Below, piece by piece: positions 55,039-63,098 of a DNA stretch of 64,000 nt. The notes beneath the pieces are model-generated. The model saw only the letters and a list, made by a program, of their open reading frames with translations. It ran no database searches and was not told where the DNA came from. The translations under genes and the position numbers were made by a program. Source of the stretch: Patescibacteria group bacterium (GTDB taxonomy: Bacteria > Patescibacteriota > Microgenomatia > UBA1406 > HO2-37-13b). Position 1 is the first letter of the stretch, and every line of letters begins with the position of its first letter. The stretch spans positions 8,731 to 72,730 of the forward strand of contig DATDXN010000026.1 of assembly GCA_035289305.1 (NCBI GenBank), in the 5' to 3' direction.

Positions 55039-55986
55039 CTACTTTTTACTCTTTCCGATAATTTCATCGACAATATACACAGGTCGGGATTTCGTCTCCT
55101 CAACAATGACCTGAATATATTTACCTATGACACTAATAGCCAGAAGCTGAATCCCGCCAAAAAAAACAATAGCCAACATTAGGGGAATTGACGCATTTAT
55201 TGGATTTCCTATCACTAAAACGGTGAAAAGATACATAAGAAAGAAAGCAAAAGAAAGAAAAACGAGGATAAATCCTCCATAAATCATGGTATCCAAAACT
55301 AGATATGAAAATCCAAAAAGTCCACGCTCGGCATGTTTAATGTAATCAATAAAACTATAAGAACTTTCTCCTTTGACTCTCTCTCGTCTCTCGTAAACAA
55401 TATAATCTGTTTTAAAACCAATCCATGCCCTCAATCCCCTAAAAAAACGATATTTCTCAGGCAATGCTTTAAGCGCATTTAAAGACTTTCTATCTAATAG
55501 ACATAGTCCAGAAGCGTTAGTCGGGATATTGATATTGGAAATTTTTTTAAAAACGACATAAAATAATTTTCTCATCACGAACATCAAAAGATTATCTTGG
55601 ATCTTTGGGTGAAGACCAACTACTATATTGTTCCCTTTTTCCCACTTTTCAATAAATTGGGAAATGAGTTCCGGGGGTTCTTGAAAATCAGCAGCTATCC
55701 CTATTACCGCCTCACCAGTTGAATAATCTAAACCGGCCTGAAGAGATGCTTCTGGCCCAAAATTTCTCGAAAGAAATACGCCTGCCACTCGTTTATCTCT
55801 ATGAATAATCTTTTTTATTACATCTTTTGTTCTATCACTGCTTCCGTTATCAGCAAAAACAAACTCGAAGTTATAGTGTTTATTACTGTCGGCAATGATT
55901 TTTAGAGCAAGATACATAGGTTCAACATTTTCTTCTTCATTAAAGCACGGCACCGTGATAGATAGTAATTTTTTAGTGGTGGACAT
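55039..55986 (-). CDS. polyprenyl-phosphate glycosyltransferase, GT2 (GtrB/ArnC-like), copy 3
   Basis: SITVPCFNEEENV, GIAADFQEPPELI, and two C-terminal TM helices followed by VEETKSRPVYIV. Confidence 0.8.
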   Translation of the reverse strand: MSTTKKLLSITVPCFNEEENVEPMYLALKIIADSNKHYNFEFVFADNGSSDRTKDVIKKIIHRDKRVAGVFLSRNFGPEASLQAGLDYSTGEAVIGIAADFQEPPELISQFIEKWEKGNNIVVGLHPKIQDNLLMFVMRKLFYVVFKKISNINIPTNASGLCLLDRKSLNALKALPEKYRFFRGLRAWIGFKTDYIVYERRERVKGESSYSFIDYIKHAERGLFGFSYLVLDTMIYGGFILVFLSFAFFLMYLFTVLVIGNPINASIPLMLAIVFFGGIQLLAISVIGKYIQVIVEETKSRPVYIVDEIIGKSKK

Positions 55987-57124
55987 CTTTTTTTAAAGAT
56001 ATAAACGCATAACAAACTGTATCATATATAAATTGTCCATAATGACGAAGATAAAAAGAATAGTTTGGACCATATTTCTTAATAAGAAGTGGGATTCTCC
56101 AAAGATCTGTTGATTTATGGTAAATGCAGATAGCTAATGTGGGGAGATGTGCCGTGATAGTTTTTTTTGCTCCCCGTAAAACATCTTCTTCTGCTCCCTC
56201 AATATCCAACTTAATGAGAGTTGTCCTCTTTTTGCGGAAGAATTTATCCAAAGATATCGCTTTGATTGTTGAAACTGACTCTGTTGTAATTCGAGATCCC
56301 AAAGTAGCATCGTTTGTAAACGCAAGGTATGTTTCTTTTTTCGCCAGCGCATAAGGATAAATCTTAATTCTTTTATCTTTCCATTTCTTTATATTTCGTT
56401 TTAATTTTTTAAATTGATATCGATCTGGTTCAAAAGCATAAATCGCAACGTAATTATCGCTTGTTACTTTCTTAAATTTTTTAACGGTATCACCGTCATA
56501 CGCGCCACCATCAATAAGAATTTCTGTTTGATTTAAATTGATCAACTTCTTATCAAAATATTCCTTTTCTTGCGGTTGTTTTATTTTTTTTATACATTTT
56601 CTATCTAAAAATAATCTATATTTGATCAATTCCAAAAAAGTCTTTCTTGACATTTTATCTTTAAACAAGTCGAAACAGGCTAAAATTTTATCTTTATCCC
56701 GGAATATATCATCGAGTGAGTTTTGCCAATAGGGATTAGTGAATTTTCTCGGATACAGAGTGCAAAAAAACGAATGTGGCCATATTCGTGCAAATCCGAT
56801 TTTTCTTAATTGATTTAATATTTCCTCATCATAAATTGAGGTTATAATAATCTGTATATCTTTGGGAAAACGCATTAACTCTGAAATGGAAATAATATCT
56901 TTGCCATCTAATTTTTTACCACTTTTTGCTTGATTGTTATCAACAAAAGCCAAAACGTTTATTTTATTTTTTTTGCATAAATGAAGATAAATCTTGCCCA
57001 TCTGCGCGGCTCCGAATAAAATCACTGGTTTTTTAAAGTGAAAAAAACCAAAATTACTTTGCAAAAGATCAGCATAATAATTCCTTGGTTTATGAAGTAA
57101 TATTTCTAGATTGTTTTTTTCCAC
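55973..57124 (-). CDS. FkbM family methyltransferase with N-terminal Rossmann-like domain
   Basis: LIDGGAYDGDT and LIKLDIEGAEEDVL are FkbM-family blocks. The N-terminus has ILFGAAQMGKIYLHL...AFVDNN. Confidence 0.75.
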   Translation of the reverse strand: MEKNNLEILLHKPRNYYADLLQSNFGFFHFKKPVILFGAAQMGKIYLHLCKKNKINVLAFVDNNQAKSGKKLDGKDIISISELMRFPKDIQIIITSIYDEEILNQLRKIGFARIWPHSFFCTLYPRKFTNPYWQNSLDDIFRDKDKILACFDLFKDKMSRKTFLELIKYRLFLDRKCIKKIKQPQEKEYFDKKLINLNQTEILIDGGAYDGDTVKKFKKVTSDNYVAIYAFEPDRYQFKKLKRNIKKWKDKRIKIYPYALAKKETYLAFTNDATLGSRITTESVSTIKAISLDKFFRKKRTTLIKLDIEGAEEDVLRGAKKTITAHLPTLAICIYHKSTDLWRIPLLIKKYGPNYSFYLRHYGQFIYDTVCYAFISLKKDVHH

Positions 57125-57126
57125 GA

Positions 57127-58176
57127 CTAAAAAGTAATAATTTTATTTTTTAATTTTTTTGATTTTATTTCATTGATAATCTCATCTTTAAATTTGAATG
57201 AGGATATAAGTATGGGTTGGGGATAAGAAACTAATTCGTTTGGAGATATAACCTTAATATTTTCAAAATTTTTCTCTATTATTTTGGCATTTCTGTCAAC
57301 AAGTATAAAGATTTTTTTTCGAAGACTTGATGTATACAAAAGTCGTTTCGTCAATGCTCCCGCACCCCAAACGATAGTTTTCTTCGGTAGTTTATCAACT
57401 TTTTTCTGAATTTTATTAAGCTTTTGATTTGATAATTTTATGTATTTTCTGACAGAATTTTTCAAGCTGCCCGTTTTTTTCCAGACAGAGTAGATAACTA
57501 TATGATTAGCCTCAAGATAAATGCAGGTAAAGTCTACGAGAAGTATCTCTAAAAATCGAGGAGAAAAAAAATTTATATGTTCGGGAGAAAATTCATAAAA
57601 CGGCTCTTCAACTTCCTCATAAAATCTGCTTGCGTTTGGGACGCTTATAAAGAATTTTCCTTCTCTAGCAAGTAAAGTAGTTATTTTTTCTATAGATCTT
57701 TTCAACTCTGATAGATGTTCAAGTACTGTGGCTAGAATAATAAAATCAAACTTTTCTCTAGATTTAAACGAGTCAATCGTCTCTGTTTTAACGATAACAT
57801 TATATTGTTTCCTAGCAACTATTCTACACTCTGGCGCCGGATCAACTCCCATAAGATTTTTGTAACCTTTCTTTTTCAAGAGATATAAAAGATGACCTGT
57901 AGAACAACCCACGTCAAGAATCTTATCTGTATAGCGTACATGTTTGGCAATTATTTCAACAGATGTATCGTGAAATTTTTGATCTCTGGTGTATTCATAT
58001 TTGGATAAGTCTTTGTAGTATTGATTGTAATAAGACTGGGGGTTTGCGTTTCTTACAAAAACAAAGCCACAGTTATCACAAGAAACAATTTTGTTACGTA
58101 GAATTTTGGAATATGATTGAACAAATAAAGTCTCGCTGGAGCTACTTGTACAAATTGGGCATTTGTTTGTATTCAT
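57127..58176 (-). CDS. SAM-dependent methyltransferase with the sugar C-methyltransferase (TylC3/NovU-like) three-part architecture
   Basis: N-terminal Zn ribbon CPIC...CDNC, motif I ILDVGCSTGHLL, and a C-terminal Rossmann-like segment IVWGAGALTKRLLY...VDRNAKIIEKNFENIKVISPNEL that resembles the C-methyltransferase C-terminal domain. Confidence 0.55.
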   Translation of the reverse strand: MNTNKCPICTSSSSETLFVQSYSKILRNKIVSCDNCGFVFVRNANPQSYYNQYYKDLSKYEYTRDQKFHDTSVEIIAKHVRYTDKILDVGCSTGHLLYLLKKKGYKNLMGVDPAPECRIVARKQYNVIVKTETIDSFKSREKFDFIILATVLEHLSELKRSIEKITTLLAREGKFFISVPNASRFYEEVEEPFYEFSPEHINFFSPRFLEILLVDFTCIYLEANHIVIYSVWKKTGSLKNSVRKYIKLSNQKLNKIQKKVDKLPKKTIVWGAGALTKRLLYTSSLRKKIFILVDRNAKIIEKNFENIKVISPNELVSYPQPILISSFKFKDEIINEIKSKKLKNKIITF

Positions 58177-59045
58177 TTTGTTAATTTGATGGCAGAAATA
58201 TTCCGTCTATACCAATTATAAAGTGAGCGAAGCGATACGTCAAAAGGCGTGAATCTGAAATGTCCTAACTCTTTCATAAGCTGAATATTGTTACAGGTGT
58301 ATTCATTATTTAACCCAGAGTTTTTGACGATAATTTGACTTTTATGCGTAGCAATATCATTTATTTTTTTAGCGATAGACAAAAGGTTTATTTTTCTGCC
58401 TGTTCCTATGTTATAAAATTTATGTTTTATGGCACGATGTATAAAATGTTCAATAATTTTTATAAAATCATTGATATATACATAATCAAAGTAAACGTTT
58501 TGATTGATCTTTATTGGCTGTCCAAGTAAATTCAAACAGATCGCATTTGATATAAACCGATAATGGTAATCCTCGTATTTACCAAACATTCCAAATATCC
58601 GCAAAGAAACAATATTATCCATATTTTCTATATATTTTGAACACAAATATTTAAAAAAACCGTAGTCGTCTTGAGGGACTCTTTTATCGAAGTCTTTTTC
58701 TTTAACTTTTTTGATCGGCTTCGTTTTATCATATTCGGCTCCTGAACCAAAATAGATTATTTTTTTAACGTGTTTCCTGTTTTTGATAATGTTAAAAAAA
58801 ATTCTTAAGTTATTTTTTAAAGAATCTTTTTCATATTCTTCAGTTCTACTTCCTCCAACTACTGCTGCATGTATGACAAGATCGATTGTGTTGTGGAATT
58901 TAAAATATGATAGAGTAGCAACGTCATCAGCTAAATCAAGTTCAGCATGTTTCGGTGCAAGAATATGGTATTTGTTCCCAAGTTGTTCGATGATGTTTTT
59001 TCCAATAAATCCACTTCCACCTGTCAGCAAAATCTTTTTTTTCAT
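58173..59045 (-). CDS. NAD(P)-dependent epimerase/reductase (extended SDR)
   Basis: ILLTGGSGFIGKNI and YLCSK (YxxxK). Overlaps both neighbours by 4 nt. Confidence 0.8.
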   Translation of the reverse strand: MKKKILLTGGSGFIGKNIIEQLGNKYHILAPKHAELDLADDVATLSYFKFHNTIDLVIHAAVVGGSRTEEYEKDSLKNNLRIFFNIIKNRKHVKKIIYFGSGAEYDKTKPIKKVKEKDFDKRVPQDDYGFFKYLCSKYIENMDNIVSLRIFGMFGKYEDYHYRFISNAICLNLLGQPIKINQNVYFDYVYINDFIKIIEHFIHRAIKHKFYNIGTGRKINLLSIAKKINDIATHKSQIIVKNSGLNNEYTCNNIQLMKELGHFRFTPFDVSLRSLYNWYRRNISAIKLTK

Positions 59046-60865
59046 ACACCATCTGATAAAGGAATAATCATATTCTCCTCTAATTCTTTTCGACTCAAAA
59101 ATGGAGCCATATCTTCAAGCGGTCGGGAAACAAACGATCCGTCTGGTAATTTCATAGATGCAGCCTTGGGCCAAAAGCCCTGATCTGGCGAAACCATAAT
59201 TTCACATAAAATTAGACCTCTACGTGAGAGAACCTTTTTTATTTTTCGTTCCATCTCTGAATGATTGCTAATTCTTTCAGTTGCAATACCATAAGCTTTC
59301 GCAATCTTTATTATATTGGGCCAAGAAACACCACTATCAGTACTTGTCGCAACGAACCTTCCTTCGAATAAACCCTTTTGAGTTAGGCGAATTGATACAT
59401 ACCCGGCATTATTATAAATAAATAATTTTATTGGAAGTTTATTATGGACAACTGTCTGTAGTTCTTGTAGGTTAAGTTGAATACTCCCATCACCTTCCAA
59501 ACAAATAGTTTTCTTTTTACCACGAGCAAAACACATCCCTATTGCCGCAGGCAATCCATATCCCATCGGCGCCGAACCAGAACTCGTCAGAATCCTTGTT
59601 CCTTGCGGAAAATCTAATGCCTGGTACGTACATATTGAAGCGGTAGCATTGGCGAGAGCTAAACAATCTGTCGGTTTTATGTATCTTGACAATACTTCGA
59701 TAAAACAGTATGGGTTGACATATTTTTTTTCCTCCCAGTATTCCGGTAAAACAACTGGATATTTCTTTTTCCATTCCTGAACTCGTTTCAACCAACCATC
59801 AATTTGAAAATTCGTGGATTTTCTCTTTATCTGATTAATCGTTTCAATGATAAAATCTTTAGCGTCATAATTGATCTTCTGGTCTATTTTGAGAGTGTTT
59901 TTATTCATCTCCTCTTTATCAATATCAACCATGATTTTATAGGCAGCTCTCGCAAAAGAAGAAAAATTGAAACCTATCATTCTGATATTTAATCTCGAGC
60001 CTATGATGAGTAATAAGTCTGAATTTTGGAGGGTAAAATTAGCCGCTCGCTGCCCTATGGTCCCTGGTTTTCCAGCTGAATAATGATTTTTCGGCGAGAC
60101 AATATCCATACCGGCAAAACCGGTGAGAACGGGAATCTTTAAGATTTTAATCAATGTAAGAAACTCATTTACTACTCCAGCGTATCTGACCCCATTTCCA
60201 ACAAAAACCACCGGTCGTTTAGCTGATTTCAGCTTATCAATGACATGGGAGACAAGTTGTTTTAATTTTCCTTTGTCTGTTTCATACGGTGGTTTTATTT
60301 CGGAAGGATCAAATTTCCTCAATTTTTTTTCATCAATGTATGAACCTTGTATGTCAAGCGGGATGTCAATCCAAACTGGACTTTGTCTACCGGTAGTTGC
60401 CAAGTAAACTGCTTTTTCCAAGTGGTAGCGTATATCGTATGGATCCATCACCATTACTGCATATTTAGTGATGGGTTTTATAATATCAATGATATTTATT
60501 TCTTGATCTCCCATCTGACGAAGTTTTTTTCCGGCCCCTATGGTCTCTCTTCTGATTTGTCCTGAAATAATTAACATCGGTACGGAGTCTAGCCAAGCAC
60601 CCATAACTCCGGTCACGGCGTTTGTGCCGCCCGGCCCTGTCGTGACAATACAGGCTCCGATTTTGCCAGAGGTCCTTGCATAACCTTCCGCAGCTATCGC
60701 ACAGGCTTGTTCATGATGATTACAGACAAATTGCAGTCTCTTAGCTTTTCCTATAGAATCAATCAAGTGTATACATCCCCCCCCAGATATGAGAAAAACA
60801 TCCGTCACGCCAAGTCTTTCAATAAATTCAATAACGTAATCGGAAACTTTAATTTTATTCTTCAT
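59042..60865 (-). CDS. ThDP-dependent enzyme, acetolactate synthase large-subunit-like (copy 2)
   Basis: TTGPGGTNAV, GDGSIQLNLQEL...IYNNAGYV, and the tail PLEDMAPFLSRKELEENMIIPL shared with copy 1. The start at ATG 60865 (MKNKIKVSDYV...) is preferred over 60919. Confidence 0.8.
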   Translation of the reverse strand: MKNKIKVSDYVIEFIERLGVTDVFLISGGGCIHLIDSIGKAKRLQFVCNHHEQACAIAAEGYARTSGKIGACIVTTGPGGTNAVTGVMGAWLDSVPMLIISGQIRRETIGAGKKLRQMGDQEINIIDIIKPITKYAVMVMDPYDIRYHLEKAVYLATTGRQSPVWIDIPLDIQGSYIDEKKLRKFDPSEIKPPYETDKGKLKQLVSHVIDKLKSAKRPVVFVGNGVRYAGVVNEFLTLIKILKIPVLTGFAGMDIVSPKNHYSAGKPGTIGQRAANFTLQNSDLLLIIGSRLNIRMIGFNFSSFARAAYKIMVDIDKEEMNKNTLKIDQKINYDAKDFIIETINQIKRKSTNFQIDGWLKRVQEWKKKYPVVLPEYWEEKKYVNPYCFIEVLSRYIKPTDCLALANATASICTYQALDFPQGTRILTSSGSAPMGYGLPAAIGMCFARGKKKTICLEGDGSIQLNLQELQTVVHNKLPIKLFIYNNAGYVSIRLTQKGLFEGRFVATSTDSGVSWPNIIKIAKAYGIATERISNHSEMERKIKKVLSRRGLILCEIMVSPDQGFWPKAASMKLPDGSFVSRPLEDMAPFLSRKELEENMIIPLSDGV

Positions 60866-60920
60866 AATATGATTGAGGAAAATAATGCAAATACTATAAT
60901 ATAAAAGTAGAAAAATCAAT

Positions 60921-61859
60921 ATGAACCGTAAAGAAAAGCTTACTCAACAAAAACTTGAGGAGATAAAATTGAAATTAATGCTCATTGCCACGGATTATGA
61001 TGAAACGTTGAGAAGTAGAGTTTACACGGATTTTAATGACGACCGAGCCATCGATTTAATTAAAAAAATTCTCACTCATCATGCTCTCCTCATAATCACA
61101 GCCAGAGGAGCTACCATTATCAAAATTCTATTACCTCATTTTGGCCGAAATGCTAAACAGGTACCGCGACACAGATTTTTTTTGGGTACAGGCAATGGAA
61201 GAATACTCTATGAAGTAATAAACAAACATCTCAAAGAAATCTATAATCACGGTCTTACCGCCTTAGATGTAAAATCGATATTGGAAGTTTATGAAGAAGT
61301 ATTTGATGGATTGAAAATTAAAAAAAAAGAGCTTCTTCCAAAGGGACTAAAAACATACCAATCAATCATCTTGCAATTGAGGAATGATCGTATACCCCGT
61401 CAAATTTTCAAGCAGTGTTTTAAATACAATGGTGGAGTTTTTACTGAAGAAGCTAAGGTTGGACTCGTTCAAATCAAAGATCAAACGAGAAATAATAAGC
61501 TCATTTCTCATCTATCCCATTCTCTAGACAAAAAGCATCCAAATAAGTTTCAGGTGATCAGGGGAGATATTGATATTCATATCGTCAAACAATTGCCCGA
61601 AGATGGGAAAGTAACTGCGACAAAAAAAGTCATAGATTTGCTTGCTGTTAAATTAGGTCAAGTTGCTGTTTTTGGAGATTTGCCCAATGGAAATGACAAA
61701 GAAATTCTGACGAGTTTCCCCTTTAGTTTTACCAACGCTATAGATTTCTATAGAGAAAAAACAGAACCTACATCTTCTCCTTTTCTTTTACCAGGAGCAT
61801 TAGAATCTCCTATAGGCAGTGTACACAAAGCGATCCATTTCTTACTAAATGATACATAG
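60921..61859 (+). CDS. HAD superfamily phosphatase, type IIB-like
   Basis: Motif I LIATDYDETL (DxDxT) and motif IV VFGDLPNGNDKEIL, with a large cap insertion. 312 aa. Confidence 0.65.
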   Translation: MNRKEKLTQQKLEEIKLKLMLIATDYDETLRSRVYTDFNDDRAIDLIKKILTHHALLIITARGATIIKILLPHFGRNAKQVPRHRFFLGTGNGRILYEVINKHLKEIYNHGLTALDVKSILEVYEEVFDGLKIKKKELLPKGLKTYQSIILQLRNDRIPRQIFKQCFKYNGGVFTEEAKVGLVQIKDQTRNNKLISHLSHSLDKKHPNKFQVIRGDIDIHIVKQLPEDGKVTATKKVIDLLAVKLGQVAVFGDLPNGNDKEILTSFPFSFTNAIDFYREKTEPTSSPFLLPGALESPIGSVHKAIHFLLNDT

Positions 61860-61893
61860 ATATTTATACTTGATTTTTTTAGCAAGATTTACT

Positions 61894-63096
61894 ATGATTC
61901 TTCCTACCATCTCCATGAATCAAAACACAATTTTTGAAGACTTGTTTGTTCTTGAGTTGGCCAACAATCATTGGGGGAGTCTGAAACGGGGACTCAAGAT
62001 TATTAATGATTTTGCCAAGATTGTCCGCTTCAACAATGTCCGCGCTGCAATAAAACTTCAGTTTCGAGACGTAGATAATTTCATTCATAAACACTATCGC
62101 AATCGTAGTGATGTCCGCTACATCAAAAAAACAATCGCAACAAAAATGTCTGATGAAGATTTTGCCATTTTGGTCAGAGCCATAAAAAAAAGCGGCTGTA
62201 TACCGATGGCGACTCCTTTTGACGAACGGTCAGTAGAATTATGTGTCAATCTCGGTCTTGATATGATCAAAATTGCAAGCTCTGATATTAACGACTGGGT
62301 ACTGATTGAAAAAATCGCGACTACTAAAAGACCAGTCATCGTCTCAACTGGAGGATCATCTCTCAAAGATATGGATGATCTGGTAAAATTTTTTGACAAT
62401 AGAAATATTCCCCTTGCCATCAATCATTGTGTTGCTCTCTATCCTTCGGAAGACAGTGAACTGGAGCTTAACCAAATAGATTTTCTCAAAAACCGGTATC
62501 CTCACCATGCCGTCGGCTTTTCCTCTCATGAGTATCACGATTGGAATCGATCAATGCTTATCTCTTATGCAAAAGGCGCACGGACATGGGAGCGACACAT
62601 CGATATTGAGATGGACGGCGTACCTGTCTCGCCGTATTGTTCACTTCCTCATCAGATAGATACGTGGTTTAAGGCGTATCACAAAGCACGAGCAATGTGC
62701 GGAGGAGCTGCCATCAATAAACGTGTTCCTCCTCCACATGAGATCAAGTATTTAGACGAATTAATACGAGGCGTGTATGCAAAAAAAAACATGCCAGAGG
62801 GACACGTATTGTCAGAAAAAGACGTATATTTAGCCATACCGCTTCTTAAGGGACAAATTTCCTGCCGGGAGCTCATGGATGGAGAAGTTTTAATTAAACC
62901 ATGCAAAAAAGATGAACCGATTTTCATCGATATGATTGACAGTCCTTATGCATATAATAAACAACTCAAAAACTTTATTTATGAACGGGGTATAAACGTA
63001 AGCCAACCTGAAGAAACTATAGAAAAAATTTCGCCCTCTGTCAAAAAAAACGGTGAGAGGAAAAGACGCTATAAAACACTTAAATCACACCTTTGA
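61894..63096 (+). CDS. NeuB-family (sialic/ulosonic acid synthase-like) PEP-condensing enzyme with SAF domain
   Basis: FVLELANNHWGSLKRGLKII, AIKLQF, MIKIASSDINDW, PVIVSTGGSSLKDM and a C-terminal SAF-like RGVYAKKNMPEGHVLSEKDV. The start is uncertain: 61849, 61894 or 61915. Confidence 0.75.
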   Translation: MILPTISMNQNTIFEDLFVLELANNHWGSLKRGLKIINDFAKIVRFNNVRAAIKLQFRDVDNFIHKHYRNRSDVRYIKKTIATKMSDEDFAILVRAIKKSGCIPMATPFDERSVELCVNLGLDMIKIASSDINDWVLIEKIATTKRPVIVSTGGSSLKDMDDLVKFFDNRNIPLAINHCVALYPSEDSELELNQIDFLKNRYPHHAVGFSSHEYHDWNRSMLISYAKGARTWERHIDIEMDGVPVSPYCSLPHQIDTWFKAYHKARAMCGGAAINKRVPPPHEIKYLDELIRGVYAKKNMPEGHVLSEKDVYLAIPLLKGQISCRELMDGEVLIKPCKKDEPIFIDMIDSPYAYNKQLKNFIYERGINVSQPEETIEKISPSVKKNGERKRRYKTLKSHL

Positions 63097-63098
63097 TA

